From Amphiscolops sp. MND2022 (Eukaryota), in the NCBI GenBank assembly GCA_964187785.1, contig OZ076413.1, positions 46,998,001 through 47,062,000 on the forward strand: a DNA stretch of 64,000 nucleotides, written 5' to 3'. Positions 22,801-36,575 of this stretch are shown in pieces. A program made the translations under genes and the position numbers. Numbering within the stretch: the stretch's first letter is position 1; every line of letters begins with the position of its first letter. The notes below the pieces were generated by a model that was not told the DNA's origin, ran no database searches, and saw nothing but the letters and a program-made list of their open reading frames with translations.

Positions 22801-25244
22801 TGCTGAGCTCCAAAGTCCAGCGCAGCTCACCAGAAGAGTCGATGAATCGTGCGGTGTACCTGCAACCGATGCTGATAAGTATTCTACAGGAGTTTGAGAC
22901 TACACTGGACTCTGCTTCGCCAAAAGGCGGGGCAGACTCATTTTCAGTCACCATCATAGTTGTTTACAAGACGGGGCTGCTTCGTACTGCTTCCAAATCT
23001 GTTAACTTGTTCTTTTTCTCACCGCGAAAATCCGCCAATTAGCTAGGCGGTGTTTTGTGCCTTGCTTCGACACAACTTCGACAAACATATCACAATAAAA
23101 TGTCAGCATTTTTTAGTAAAAAGATAAAGTTTGTTTTCTTTCTTTGAGCAGCAAATATGTGCTTTAGAAGTGGAACATTCGCTCGCATTTTGATTACAGT
23201 TCGATCCCTTGTTCTCAACCACGTGTCAAACATTTATGGGTGACATTATTTTTCAACAGTATTTGCGCCGAATCGTTGAAGTTGCTGCATCGCTTTGTTT
23301 CGAATTTAGCTTCATGCGACTGTAGAGAATGTCTACCGGAGGGAGTGAGGTGATTATCTCGAAAAGTTCCTTTTTCGGATGAATACCGTTGTTGCTTTTA
23401 ATGTGGTGGAATTACCGATTGAACTAACTGTCTTAGAGCGGCTAATTTAGGTAAATTCAAGGAGTTATAGATTTTCTTGAAGGTACCGCAACTTTTCATA
23501 GCTTTTAATTGTTGCTGAATCATCTCTGAAAGGATAGATATAAACTATATAAGTGAAAGAAAAAGATTAAATGAAAGATGGAATACGTTGACGGGTCGGC
23601 GGACCCAATGTAACGGCGGCTCTAATCTCAGAGACAGATTTAAGCCTTTCAAGCTTTACGCCGACTCTAGTTTGTTCTGATTGGGAACCATACGTTTGAT
23701 GGAATAGTTACAAATTACTACTCGTACTCGAAGGTGTTATTAGCTTCACTTTCTGTGTTCTCAACTCTTCCTCGAACGGAACATTCCAGTGATACCAGTT
23801 ACAAGTCAATTGAATATCAACTTCAGAGCTCGAATTTGGAGAAGTTATAGAGATAATATCTAGTTAACCGCCACTTCTTTGTTTGGACATCAAAACTGTT
23901 CTGGTCCTAATAAAATGACACATGAGTATTTTCAGTCGAAGATAAATTTTTTGAGGTCGAACATGCCTCGTGATTTCGTTTAACCTCGCAGGTGGGATAT
24001 AATGGAGAGTGAAGCATTCCTGCAAGAGATGAGATAAGCTATTTCGTACTAGATAAGCTACAGAATCAAAATTAATTTAGCTCCATGCGACTGTAGAGAA
24101 TGTCTACTGGAGGGAGTGAGGTGATTATCTCGAAAAGTTTCTTTTTCGGGTGGAACACGTTGTTGCTTATAATGCGGTAGAATTATCGATTGAACTAACT
24201 GTCTTAGAGCGGCTGGTTTAAACAATTTCAAAAAAAGTTACGGATTCTTTTGAGGGTACCACAACTTTTCACAGCTTTATTTGTTGCCCATTCATCTCTG
24301 AAAAGGATCTCTGAAGAGGTCGCCAAATTAAAACACTATGTGTTAAAAAGACATAGATACACTCAACCTTTCTCGAACGAAACACTCTAGTGATACCAAA
24401 TCCTCGCCTAATTGAATATCGGCTTCAGGGCTCGAATTTGGAGAAGTTACAGAGAAGAAAATATCTAGTTAACGACCAACTGCTAGTTCGAGCATCAAAA
24501 ATCGTTCTGGTAAAGATAAGTTTTTTGATGTCGAACATGCCTCGTGATTTCGTTTAAGCATCGCAGTTGGGATTTAATGGAGGGAGTGAAGCATTCCTGC
24601 AGTAGATGAGATAAGCTATTTTACAGACTTAAAAATAGTTGAGGTGTTTATCTACTGAAATGGTCATCAGTCACTTATGACATCTAATCACTCAACAATA
24701 TTTCAAGATGACAAGATGAAATGCCCCGGCTTGGTGACTATCTGACATCGTGTGATAAAAAATGACTTTAGAAAGCACTTGACATGGGTTGACATACAAG
24801 GTCAGAGTAATAAAAACAATTCATGAACTCTGTGGGGGAAATGTTAAATTTACAACATTAAATTGCGAAAGGATAAAAAATGAAGTAGAAAGCTGGTACC
24901 ATTATTGCTAACAATAGGGCGAGGTTCGAATCGTTTTCCCAAGAACTTTCTTAGTTCCATCATGAACGCATCTGTGTCCAGGCATTCAACAATGTCAATA
25001 TGACTAGCTCGGGAGCCAAAAAAGACTGCACCGAATCGCTGATGTTGCAGCATCACTTTGTTTTGAGTTTAGCTCCATGTGATTGTAGAGAATGTCTACT
25101 GGAGAGAGTGAGGTGATTATCTCGAAAAGTTTCTTTTTTCGGGTTATAATGCGGTAGAATTACCGATTGAACTAACTGTCTTAGAGCAGCTGGTTTAAAC
25201 AATTTCAAAGAGTTACGGATTCTTTTGAGGGTACCACAACTTTT

Positions 25245-28200
25245 TCGAGGTCTTTCTTAGAAATTTGACTTCCAAAAAGGTCCAAGTAGGCCATTTCTGG
25301 GTTTCGAAAGCGATACGAGAATTCATCCACTCTTCCCTTCGACAGATCGACCATTTCAGGGAGTATTGGCTGAGCTGCAACTTTTTTTACATCGGACACA
25401 TTTGTGCTTGATGCTTCGCAAAGCATTTCGGGAACCCATTAGTCAGAATGCTTGTTGAAGGATACTTCGAACTAACTCAGTACCTTCATGATGATTGCCT
25501 TCATGTTCTTGTCTCAACATGTTTATTAGAAGTGGATTGTTCGATGATAGCAAAATTGGTGCTTCCTTTGTGGGCTCAAACCAAAATATCACAAATAGTT
25601 TTCCAACCTGATGGTTCCTTCCTCATCCACAAATCGAAACAGCGTTTTGAAAATATGCGGGACCTTATCTTGAGTATTCTGAAACACGCACTTCAATAGC
25701 ACCTCAAAAATTTCCTTTTCGAACAGGATGTAAGGCTCCTTGCTTGGCACGTTCCAATCCATCAAGGCTGATTGAACCCCTTTAGCTACTTTCGACTCGG
25801 AAAAAGTAGACCACCATCCTGAGTGTTTTTCCGAAGTCGCTGATCTTTTCTAGTCGATAATACACTCCAATGTTTGATTCAAACCGGCAGTCTCGATTCT
25901 TCCTTTTCAAGCAACTGAGATACTGCAGTACCTCGCTTATCAAGGTCAGCTGCATTCAGCGTTCCGTTTACAAGTCCCCATTCATCTACAGTCGATCTCA
26001 TCTTTTCTGCTTTCCATGATAGATTGTTGATTCTTGTGGGTATAGAATAAGCGTTGTAACACTCTCGGGAAATCTCTGCACTGGTACACCTTGTTGACAT
26101 CTATGTCATGACCTTCTACAATGAGTTGCTTCAGTCTCACGGCATACAAAGCCTCTTGTAGTTCCAGCTTTGGTACAGTCTCCTGCTTCTTGGACGCGAT
26201 TCGACATTTCCCAATCACAAAACTGACTTTGACGACATTGGCGGTCTCTACTCTGAGATATGCAACCGACACACACACCAACAATTATGCCACGACATTT
26301 TTCTAAGCTATCTATCATCCTCCAAGTTCCACTGAAGGTAAACACGAAGCTCCCGGTTCTGCCAAAAGATTTGAATATTTCCTCTATCTTGTTGGCTTCA
26401 ATAAACAACGCGCCAATGCTGTTGCTGCGTCAATTGGTCGAAATAAATCCACCGTTATGGAGAGACTGTTTCAATTGCTGATACAAAGCGATGCCTTCTT
26501 CCTCGGTTGCCACAGACTACACGAAGTCATCCATGTAAAAATTCCGTCCAATGGCTTGTGATGCTAGTGGATAAAGAGCTTTGTTATCAAATCCCGTTTG
26601 TTGAAGTGCATGATTGGCACAGGTAGGGGAAATTTTAGCAACCAATATGTGCCTTGTATACTCGTAGACTTCGACTCCAGTTTTGAAATCCTTCCTCCAG
26701 AGGAACCTAAAAAACTTTAAACCAGCTGAGGACATTCTGATTTGCAAAAACTTAGCTTCGATGTCAGCTATCATGGCAATTTCGAATTCATGGAATCGGA
26801 AATTGATTCCCACTAAGTTTTGTAGAAGATCGACACACTTGATCTGTTTATCGTTTCGTCCAACACACTTGTCTTTTAATGCGGCGTTACACTTTCGTCG
26901 AAAATTCTCGGGTTGGCTAAAATTGATAACTTGGTGGTGTGGAAGATACCATTGCGGCTCATTTTTGACATCTTCCAATTCTTGGGACTCAAGCTCGGAA
27001 TCAATTCTAGAAGTAGTTGTCCAATTCGACTTGTTTTGTTGCCTCAAACTGTTGTCGCAGATTAGAGTCTTTCTGTAGCCTTCGCTCCAATGAGCACCAT
27101 TGAGTAAAAGCATAGTAAAAATGTTTGGGATCTTTTTGTTGTCCAACCAGAGGAGCCCAACTTCGTGTTTTCCATTTGATTGCATTGTAGTTTTTTCTAA
27201 TACCTCAATTGCTTTGTTGTTTTCTCGGTTCCGACCATTTACATTGCAGCGGGATGCATAGGACTCCAAATTCCACCAAGTTTCCAGTTGATCAGCTAAC
27301 TGATTGTGATCACTGGCCGAGAGTTGTTACGATCTGTGCAAATACACGCTTTTGCAGGGGACCACTGAGTGTCCAACTTAGTTTTGCTTTAACAGCCAAA
27401 GGCTCGTTTCTATGCCCATTCTTGTAATCTACTGAGAAAAGCAAATGGAAAGAATAATGTCCAAGGACAATTTTCACATCATGTAAGTCATCAATTTCAT
27501 CCAGCAAAATCTTCAAATGCTTGTATTTTTGTTCGGTTTTTGTATAATCATACTACCAATTCCCAAGGTGCGTTTTTGGATGCACGTGAAAAATCACAAT
27601 TTTATCAATATTGTTCGCCGATACTGAAACTTTTCCATTTAGCATGTCTTTCGTGCCATATATACCGTCTACACTGATGCTTAATTTCGTTCCATCAATG
27701 CCAAACAATAATTTTATTCCTGCATCTATGAGACAATGTTAATCTAGTGTCACAAATTGCTATCGTATCAATCGAGTTAATGCTCTCTGACCAAATGACG
27801 GACACAACTTGCAGGATTTCACTGCACACATTCGCTGCCAGAACAGGGTTGGCACCAGAGTAGATCAATTGATTGTCGGATAGATCAGTTCCTTCTCTAA
27901 GAAGCAGTCTGTTATGGTTTCGTGTATAGCCATCTTTTCCACAGCTTCTTTTCAGTTTACATTGGCTAGCACAATGCCCTTCGTTCAAAAAAAATGATTT
28001 AGAGATCCAGCCTCATTACCGTTTCATTTCTCTCCTTGACCCTCATTTTCCTGAATTGATTGCAATTCCATATTTTATGCCCGCCGTCGGTGATGCGACA
28101 TTCACTCGTCCTTTCTGGTTTGACATCTCCTGAGACGTTGAAACAAAACTTGTATATTTATGTTTTTCTGCTTTTGGAGCAAATTTGCGTTTGTCTATGG

Positions 28201-29500
28201 CCGATCCGAATAGCATTTTTAAGTCCTCTTGTACTTCAGCAATATCCTTTAGCCAGACCTGGAAGTTGGCATAGCATGTTTTTCGAAGGTCGTGTTGAGT
28301 TTCTTCAGATACGTCATCCACTTGGCAAATTCAGGACTGCATTCGAAACCTTTCCAAATGATTAGAATACATAGGAATATTTGATCAGTTTTACGGTGTC
28401 ATGCGGTTTGATGAAAGGATGGGAATGCAACCTCTTCAGTTGTGCTTTTACCACCATTACCGGTTGCCCAAACAATTTGGATAAGATATCACATGGATTT
28501 CTGTACGTGCCTGCGTTATCGCCCATGCCTCCAACTGCATCGTTAGCTCTTCCAGTAACAAGTATTTTCGAAAAAATCATTCTCGTGCCATCACCAGCAA
28601 GCGGTTGATCGATTTCTGCTAGAAGCTGACCGTTCCAATGTAATGCCTGATAACTTGTCGAAAATAAGTTTTGGAAGTTTCACACTAGCTGATGAAAGAA
28701 GCGTTGAACGATTCATAGCACCTTGAGTAAACTGATTTGCGGAGCTGGTGCTAAAGATTCAGAAAGCTGTGGTTCTGTGAAAGGAATGAAGGATTGGTTT
28801 GGATCATGAATCTTACCAGTGGTGTTAGCGGATGCCACGTTGAATAGAGACGTCCAGCTTATCACCATCCGTTCTCATAGACGTCGAAGTATCGGCATCA
28901 GCGATGCCAATTTCCTGTGACTTTGTCTTTAAAGTTGCAGCAATGATTAGTGAATCACCGGTTTCTCCAAAGTTTTGAATGAAGAGTTTACTAAAATTCT
29001 TGTTTTATCTTCAGCTCTGGAAGATGAACTAAATCATGATAAACAGCTACGTGACGAGCTATTTCTTGCTTTTTTCGAGTTTCTTTAATTTTATTACAAG
29101 TTCTTTCTGTTGCTTAACTGTAGCTAACTCTTGTTCCTTCTTTTGAGCCTCACGTTTTGTGTCCCGTTGTTTCTGACGCAATGTAAATTTCTCTACATAT
29201 GCATTTACGTCAACGTGCGCTTCTTCTTCTAATAAAACAGATTCTAGTTCAAGTCTGCGTCTGGTGCATACGGACGATGTTTTGGACGCAGATTTCACAA
29301 AGTTCGGCTCGATTCGTTCAAGATGTCAGATTGTTTTTCCGTCATTTTCTCAGGTGAAGCGCAGCTCACCAGAAGAGTCGATGAATCGTGCGGTGTACCT
29401 GCAACCGATGCTGATAAGTATTCTACAGGAGTTTGAGACTACACTGGACTCTGCTTCGCCAAAAGGCGGGGCAGACTCATTTTCAGTCACCATCATAGTT
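25245..29500 (-). pseudogene. BEL/Pao gag-pol, fragmented
   Basis: Gag DUF1759-like (TGRANDAV, FIKPHD); Cys/His knuckles; protease ICDT; RT WYLPHH, ADIEAKFLQI, FLWR, FYMDD; Pao RNase H region (AYLR..VSFVIGKCR..VPKLEL, NAADL); start of integrase. Confidence 0.9.
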
Positions 29501-30574
29501 GTTTACAAGACGGGGCTGCTTCGTACTGCTTCCAAATCTGTTAACTTGTTCTTTTTCTCACCGCGAAAATCCGCCAATTAGCTAGGCGGTGTTTTGTGCC
29601 TTGCTTCGACACAACTTCGACAAACATATCACAATAAAATGTCAGCATTTTTTAGTAAAAAGATAAAGTTTGTTTTCTTTCTTTGAGCAGCAAATATGTG
29701 CTTTAGAAGTGGAACATTCGCTCGCATTTTGATTACAGTTCGATCCCTTGTTCTCAACCACGTGTCAAACATTTATGGGTGAAATTATTTTTCAACAGTA
29801 TTTGCGCCGAATCGTTGAAGTTGCTGCATCGCTTTGTTTCGAATTTAGCTTCATGCGACTGTAGAGAATGTCTACCGGAGGGAGTGAGGTGATTATCTCG
29901 AAAAGTTCCTTTTTCGGATGAATACCGTTGTTGCTTTTAATGTGGTGGAATTACCGATTGAACTAACTGTCTTAGAGCGGCTAATTTAGGTAAATTCAAG
30001 GAGTTATAGATTTTCTTGAAGGTACCGCAACTTTTCATAGCTTTTAATTGTTGCTGAATCATCTCTGAAAGGATAGATATAAACTATATAAGTGAAAGAA
30101 AAAGATTAAATGAAAGATGGAATACGTTGACGGGTCGGCGGACCCAATGTAACGGCGGCTCTAATCTCAGAGACAGATTTAAGCCTTTCAAGCTTTACGC
30201 CGACTCTAGTTTGTTCTGATTGGGAACCATACGTTTGATGGAATAGTTACAAATTACTACTCGTACTCGAAGGTGTTATTAGCTTCACTTTCTGTGTTCT
30301 CAACTCTTCCTCGAACGGAACATTCCAGTGATACCAATTCCAGGTCAATTGATAATCAGCTTCAGTGCTCGAATTTGGAGAAGTTATAGAGAAAATATCT
30401 AGTTACCGCCACTTCTTTGTTTGGACATCAAAACTGTTCTGGTCCTAATTAAATGACACATGAGTATTTTCAGTCGAAGATAAATTTTTTGAGGTCGAAC
30501 ATGCCTCGTGATTTCGTTTAAACATCGCAAGTGGGATATAATGGAGGGAGTGAAGCATTCCTGCAAGAGATGAG

Positions 30575-31720
30575 ATAAGCTATTTTACAGTATCAAAATT
30601 AATTTAGCTCCATGTGACTGTAGAGAATGTCTACTGGAGGGAGTGAGTTGATTATCTCGAAAAGTTTCTTTTTCGGGTGAAACACGTTGTTGCTTATAAT
30701 GCGGTAGAATTACCGATTGAACTAACTGTCTTAGAGCGGCTGGTTTAAACAATTTCAAAAAGTTACGGATTCTTTTGAGGGTACCACAACTTTTCACAGC
30801 TTTATTTGTTGCCGATTCATCTCTGAAAAGGATCTCTGAAGAGGTCGCCAAATTAAAACACTATGTGTTAAAAAGACATAGATACACTCAACCTTTCTCG
30901 AACGAAACACTCTAGTGATACCAATTCCTCGCTTATTTGAATATCGGCTTCAGGGCTCGAATTCGGAGAAGTTACAGAGAAGAAAATATCTAGTTAACGA
31001 CCAACTTTTAGTTCGAGCATCGAAAATCGTTGTGGTAAAGATAAATTTTTTGAGGTCGAACATGCCTCGTGATTTCGTTTACACATCGCAGGTGGGATAT
31101 AATGGAGGGAGTGAAGCATTCCTGCAAGAGATGAGATAAGCTATTTTACAGAATCAAAATTAATTTAGCTCCATGCGACTGTAGAGAATGTCTACTGGAG
31201 GGAGTGAGGTGATTATCTCGAAAAGTTTCTTTTTCGGTTCGGGTGAAACACGTTGTTGCTTATAATGCGGTAGAATTATCGATTGAACTAACTGTCTTAG
31301 AGCGGCTGGTTTAAACAATTTCAAAAAGTTACGGATTCTTTTGAGGGTACCACAACTTTTCACAGCTTTATTTGTTGCCGATTCATCTCTGAAAAGGATC
31401 TCTGAAGAGGTCGCCAAATTAAAACACTATGTGTTAAAAAGACATAGATACACTCAACCTTTCTCGAACGAAACACTCTAGTGATACCAATTCCTCGCTT
31501 AATTGAATATCGGCTTCAGGGCTCGAATTCGGAGAAGTTACAGAGAAGAAAATATCTAGTTAACGACCAACTTCTAGTTCGAGCATCAAAAATCGTTCTG
31601 GTAAAGATAACTTTTTTGATGTCGAACATGCCTCGTGACTTCGTTTAAGCATCGCAGTTGGGATTTAATGGAGGGAGTGAAGCATTCCTGCAGTAGATGA
31701 GATAAGCTATTTTACAGACT
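30575..31720 (-). repeat. Tandem ~560-570-bp units derived from a LINE ORF2 C-terminus (other copies or part-copies at ~23305, 24050-24620, 25070, 29845)
   Basis: ORFs 30585-30851 and 31160-31417 are near-identical; ATNKAVKS..KR..LVQSVILPH..SHGAKL aligns with LINE ATNGAIQT..KR..LCQSIVVPK..THGAKF. Confidence 0.75.
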
Positions 31721-32199
31721 TAAAAATAGTTGAGGTGTTTATCTACTGAAGTGGTCATCAGTCACTTATGACATCTAATCACTCAACAATATTTCAGGAT
31801 GACAAGATGAAATGTCCCGGCTTGGTGAGTATCTGGCCCAGATCGCCGGGCATCATGTGATGAACACTGAGTTTGGAAAGCACTTGACATGGGTTGACAT
31901 ACAAGGTCAGGGTAATAAAAACAATTCATGAAATATGTGGGGAAATGTTATTTTTACAACATTAAATTTCGAAATAATAGGAAGATGAAGTACAAAGTTG
32001 GTACCATTATCGCAAACAATAGGCCGAGGTTCGCTTCGTCTTGCCATGAGTTTTGTTAGTCCTATCATGAATGCATCTGTGTCCAGGCATTCAACAATGT
32101 CAATATGACTAGCTCGAGTGCCAAAAAATAGCACCAGTATTTCGAGGTCTTTCTTAGAAACTTGACTTCAAAAGGGCCCGTTCTGTGTTTCGAACGAAG

Positions 32200-32530
32200 A
32201 TTATAAATGTGGTAATCTTGGGGTTGCAGCCGATTTTTGATGTAAAATTTGACTCCGTGTGACTCGATTTAAATGTCGATGGGAATTATATTTCCAGTAC
32301 ATTCCAGCAGTTCTCTTAGGCGGGTTCTTTTTGGGCACGTTGACAGTGCAACACTTTCTGAACAAAGATTGGAAGATTTGAACTTTGCACGATCACCCCA
32401 AATAAATGCTAAATACGTCCATTTCCGGATTATCACTGCTTGATATAATGTTTTGAAGGTGTTCGGGTTCATAGAGTTGTTTTCAGAAAACTTCGTTTCA
32501 TGCTTCCAAGTATTAGGATATATCAATTGG
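32200..32530 (-). mobile_element. LINE ORF2 fragment
   Basis: NPNTFKTLYQAVIIRKWTYLAFIWG..GNIIPIDI; same family as the 34-38 kb LINE. Confidence 0.75.
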
Positions 32531-32998
32531 GTTCGGGATACATCAATTCGGGTCTTCTTACTGAAAAATTGTAGCCTTTGTCTTCTCCACTGATGCTTGG
32601 ATACGCCAGTTATTGAGCCCAGTGATACTCAGTCCGTTCCCACCACAAAATACTGGGCTCTCAGATAAAAGTGACAGAGATTACATTTGAGTGGACTTTT
32701 TCTACATTCCGAGGCGGACTTCTGTTTTTTCTTGTTGGTCTTCATCATCATCATCATCATCATTATCACCAACGTCATCATCTTCATCGTCTTCAAACAT
32801 CTTTCGTCACTTGTTGAAACGTTGCTTTGATTCTAAGAACTTGAGAGTGGAGTCCCAGTTTTTCCACCAGCTTTTCTTCATCAATTCCTCAATCCGTTTC
32901 GGTTGAGTATCTCAACGTAAATTCGAATAGAAACTACACCTCTATAGAAAATGAGACGTAGATTCTTCTTCATGCATACATGACCACACCGGAGTGAA

Positions 32999-33780
32999 TC
33001 ATCTTCCGATATGGTATTGAAAACTGCGATGCATGCTATGTTGGGTCAGAATTTGTACAAAACGGCAAGTGTTTGCTTTGTTTAAATGTTTGGTCATAAT
33101 GACGGATGCCTTGGCTTTAATCCCTCCTATAAAGGACATCGGAAAAGGAATAGAGCCGTTGTTTCTTCTGCAATCAAACATGTGCACACTAGTGAGAAAC
33201 ATCTTCCTATTAGAAATTGGAAATAACCTAGATTGCTATGCTCTGCCAATAGTTGCACCATTCGTCTAGTATGAGCTTTACTCAAATGCTTAGAGTAACA
33301 CTTCATCAATTTTGGCTTTTCATCCAGTATTTCTAGACAAATTTAAGTTTCTAATTCGGTCATTCCATCTTCTGTAAGTCAACTCCATTGATTCCTGAGT
33401 GTAATACAGGAGTGAGCCGAACCTTCTGCTATCTGCAATCACCAACTTGCTGATAATTGGTGACTTGCTCTTATTCAAAAGGCAGTATGACAATTTCGGT
33501 CCAGAGGTTGAGAGTTTTGGAACTTTTCACGGTGACCCCAAATGAGGGCTAAGTATGTCCATTTAGGAATGACTATGGACTGACATAGAGTCTTAAAAGT
33601 ATTGGGGCTAATCGTTTGGTTGCTCAAATAACTTCTTTTGATGCTTTCTAATGTGTACATTGCTCCGTTGGTTGCTGCAGTGTATTGCTGGCAAAAGGTC
33701 AGTTTGTCATCGATGATGACTCCAAGTACCTTCACCGCATCGGTGATTTCTTTCACTGCATCGGTGATTTTTTTCACCGC
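32999..33780 (-). mobile_element. Inverted LINE ORF2 3' fragment with CCHC finger
   Basis: KITDAVKVLGVIIDDKL...CTCLIAEETT on minus; diverged copy of the plus-strand LINE. Confidence 0.85.
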
Positions 33781-34984
33781 AACAAAAAAACATGGATATA
33801 TTCTTTCATGAGGGTCATTAGCTCATCCCAAGTATTATATATAGACTTTCTCGATAGTCACAATTTTGGAAAAGCTCACCTTGTTGTGGAGATCCAAATT
33901 AACAAAAATTCGATACTGGGACTGGGATACTGAGACTGGGATACTGAGACTGGGATTAATAACCAGCAGTAGCTTCAGACCAAGAACTAAATCATCCTAT
34001 ATTGGTAAACTGATGGAACGTATTTTAAAAAATCGCATCACAAACTACTTACGAGAAAATAATTTGGAAGACTCTAGCCAAGAAGGCTTCATGAAGAACA
34101 GATCTACCGGAAGGTACATCACGGACTTAGTTGCAAACATTGAAGAGTGCTGGGCAAACAAGAGTGTCCCAGTAGCACTAATGGTTGATTTAGAGAAAGC
34201 ATTCGACAGTGTGTGGATCCACGGATTGCTCTTGAAGATGCACTATCTCGGAATTAATGATAACATTTGGAGTCTGATAAAAAATTTCTTAGAAGAGCGT
34301 AAATTCTACATTCGAATTGAAGGCTTCAGAAGTGCTGAGTTCAAATCAGTCGTTAGTCTACCACAAGGGTCAGTTCTCTCTCCTGTACTTTTCGATATTT
34401 TTGTATTTCATATGTGCTGCGACATATTTGGACGAAGTTTTAAATACGCTAACGATCTCACCATCCTCTCATCTGGACTCAACGCCGCACGGGCCCTGGA
34501 AGCAATGCAAGGAAACATCGAAGTTCTGGGTACATGGCTAAATAACTCGAGAATGCTAGCGTCTCTGACCAAAACTAAAGCTATGATTCTTGACAAAAAG
34601 ACAACCATAATTGAAGCCCAAGCCGGCCTGATCTTTGAAGTACACCAAATAAAAATCACCGATGCAGTGAAGGTACTTGGAGTCATCATCGATGACAAAC
34701 TGAGCTTTGGCCAGCAATACACAGCAGCAACCAACGGAGCAAAACAAACATTCGAAAGCATCAAAAAAAGTTATTTGAGCAACAAATCGATTAGCCCCAA
34801 CACTTTCAAGACTCTATGTCAGTCCATAGTTGTTCCTAAATAGACATATTTAGCCTTCATTTGGGGTAACCGTGAAAAGTTCCGAAACTCCCAAATCTGG
34901 GCAGAAATTGTAAACCTTTCAACCTGTTCGACATACAATCCGAAGAAGGAGCTATTAGAATTGATCGGAAATAACGTTCCCATT

Positions 34985-36012
34985 TGTAATGCCTGATGCA
35001 TGAAAATACAAACAGTGATGTAGATAACTACCCTACATACAAAGGTGAAGGAATAAACCGACGAACTGAGAACGAACATTGAAGAAGAAAAAGGAATGTA
35101 GTGAACCAAACCACATCACAAAACTTGAACTCGAATTTACCAAATGCTTCATCGTTATAAAATCTCCAAACAACTTTGCTATATTCACCCATATTTCATA
35201 CATGTACTGCATATACCTTGTAAACCAAATTCGCAACATTTTAGTTGGCTGCGAAAGTAATGTAGGTGATGTACCATCAGCAGATTTTTCGTTTCAATAT
35301 TATTAGTCACGTGGTTAACATATGCAATATCCATTCACTCATATGATGCTAGTAGTGTAACCACATTATAATACCAAGTATTGAGTCATGTAACTATAGC
35401 AACGCAATTCAACGCAATTGCATTTTGTTTCGGTGCTACGCCAAAATTGCGCAATTACCAACCAAGGTGTGAACGAACACTAAGAAATGATTGGTTGATG
35501 TGGTCACGTGACCAACGTCGCCATAATTGACACCAGCCAAAATAGTACCACCAGTAGATTTTGTGTAGTTATTACGTACAGTTGCATACCACATTAGTTC
35601 TCGGTATTGCAAAATTCAACATTTCCAACCTACTACTATCAACATTCAAAAAAATCTTAAAAACTCCATTTATTCTTCACAATGGTCAATACTCGTTCCC
35701 AAGTAAGAAGTTCTATCCCAGTGTTTATGAGCGGGATGGATAAGCATGACAGAAGTAGCGATACAGAAAGTGAATGTAGTGTCCCTGAGGTCCCTTCTAG
35801 AGACCAAATTGATGAGTTAGACAATGGAAACCTTATCCGTACTGATAACAACTCAGAGCAAAGATCGATCGATCAACGCTTCTCAGACATGAATAAACAA
35901 ATTAGCGATCTTACTGGATTAGTTTTGGCATTAACCGAAACGTTATCCTCCAATATTGAAGAAGGGAACAATCAGAGTACAGCGTCAGACAAAGCCTGTG
36001 CACATTCCGACA
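34985..36012 (+). mobile_element. Solo LTR (1028 bp) containing a gag-like start
   Basis: TGTAAT...TCCGACA with 5-bp TSD CCATT (34980-34984, 36013-36017); the empty site is visible in the duplicate LINE at ~37481; internal ATG 35682 gives MVNTRSQ. Confidence 0.9.
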
Positions 36013-36575
36013 CCATTGAGATTCAAATTGCAACACATGGGGCAAAATTCGCAATCAAAGTGAGCCAGCAAAACCAAGACGATTGCGTTTACTGCCTTTT
36101 TAATAACAGCAACTCATCCATCATCAAGAAGTTAATTGCCGATAGCAGAAGGTTTGGCTCACCCCTGTATTACAGTCAGGAATCAATGAAGGAGTCAACT
36201 TACAGAAGATGGAACGACCGAGTTAGAAACTTGAATCTGTCTGGATACACTGGATTAAAAGCCAAAATTGAAGGAGTGTTACCCAAACATTTGAGTAAAG
36301 CTCATACTGGACGAATGGTGCAACTATTGACAGAGCATAGCAACCTAGGGTATTTCCAATTTTTGATAGGAAGATGTTTCTCACCAGTGTGCACATGTTT
36401 GATTGCAGAAGAAACAACTGCTCATTTCCTTTACCGATGTCCTTTTTATTCAAATCTACGCCGCCTTGAACCACCCAAGAAATTGGAGGAATTGTTAGAA
36501 AGCTGTGAGTGGGAGAATTGGAAATCCACTCTATGTTTCGTGGAGCTTTCGCGACGCCTCGACAAAGCAAAATAG
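35682..36575 (+). CDS. Chimeric ORF: LTR-encoded Gag-like N-terminus (110 aa) fused to LINE ORF2 C-terminus
   Basis: Open 297-aa frame crossing the LTR/TSD junction at 36012 (..AHSD-TIEIQIATHG..) and ending after CTC..ETTAHFLYRC; expression unknown. Confidence 0.45.
   Translation: MVNTRSQVRSSIPVFMSGMDKHDRSSDTESECSVPEVPSRDQIDELDNGNLIRTDNNSEQRSIDQRFSDMNKQISDLTGLVLALTETLSSNIEEGNNQSTASDKACAHSDTIEIQIATHGAKFAIKVSQQNQDDCVYCLFNNSNSSIIKKLIADSRRFGSPLYYSQESMKESTYRRWNDRVRNLNLSGYTGLKAKIEGVLPKHLSKAHTGRMVQLLTEHSNLGYFQFLIGRCFSPVCTCLIAEETTAHFLYRCPFYSNLRRLEPPKKLEELLESCEWENWKSTLCFVELSRRLDKAK

Larger units (their letters stand above)
22819..32180 (-). mobile_element. Degraded, head-to-tail duplicated BEL/Pao LTR retrotransposon complex
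   Basis: Minus-strand BEL fragments between two copies of a block offset by 6539 bp (22819.. and 29358..); LTR end plus PBS (GCCGTTACA-TTGGGTCCGCCGACCCG on minus) occurs at 23609 and 30148; integrase fragments at 24850-25056 and 31907-32134. Confidence 0.8.

Noticed and set aside
22819..30330. 22819-23790 and 29358-30330 as an ordinary LTR pair
   Set aside because: No TG..CA ends or TSD; the block includes PBS and gag start, so it is a duplication rather than LTRs.
32999..34000. Twin-priming 5' inversion of the LINE
   Set aside because: The inverted piece overlaps the same 3' region as the forward copy and is diverged from it, so it is a separate insertion.
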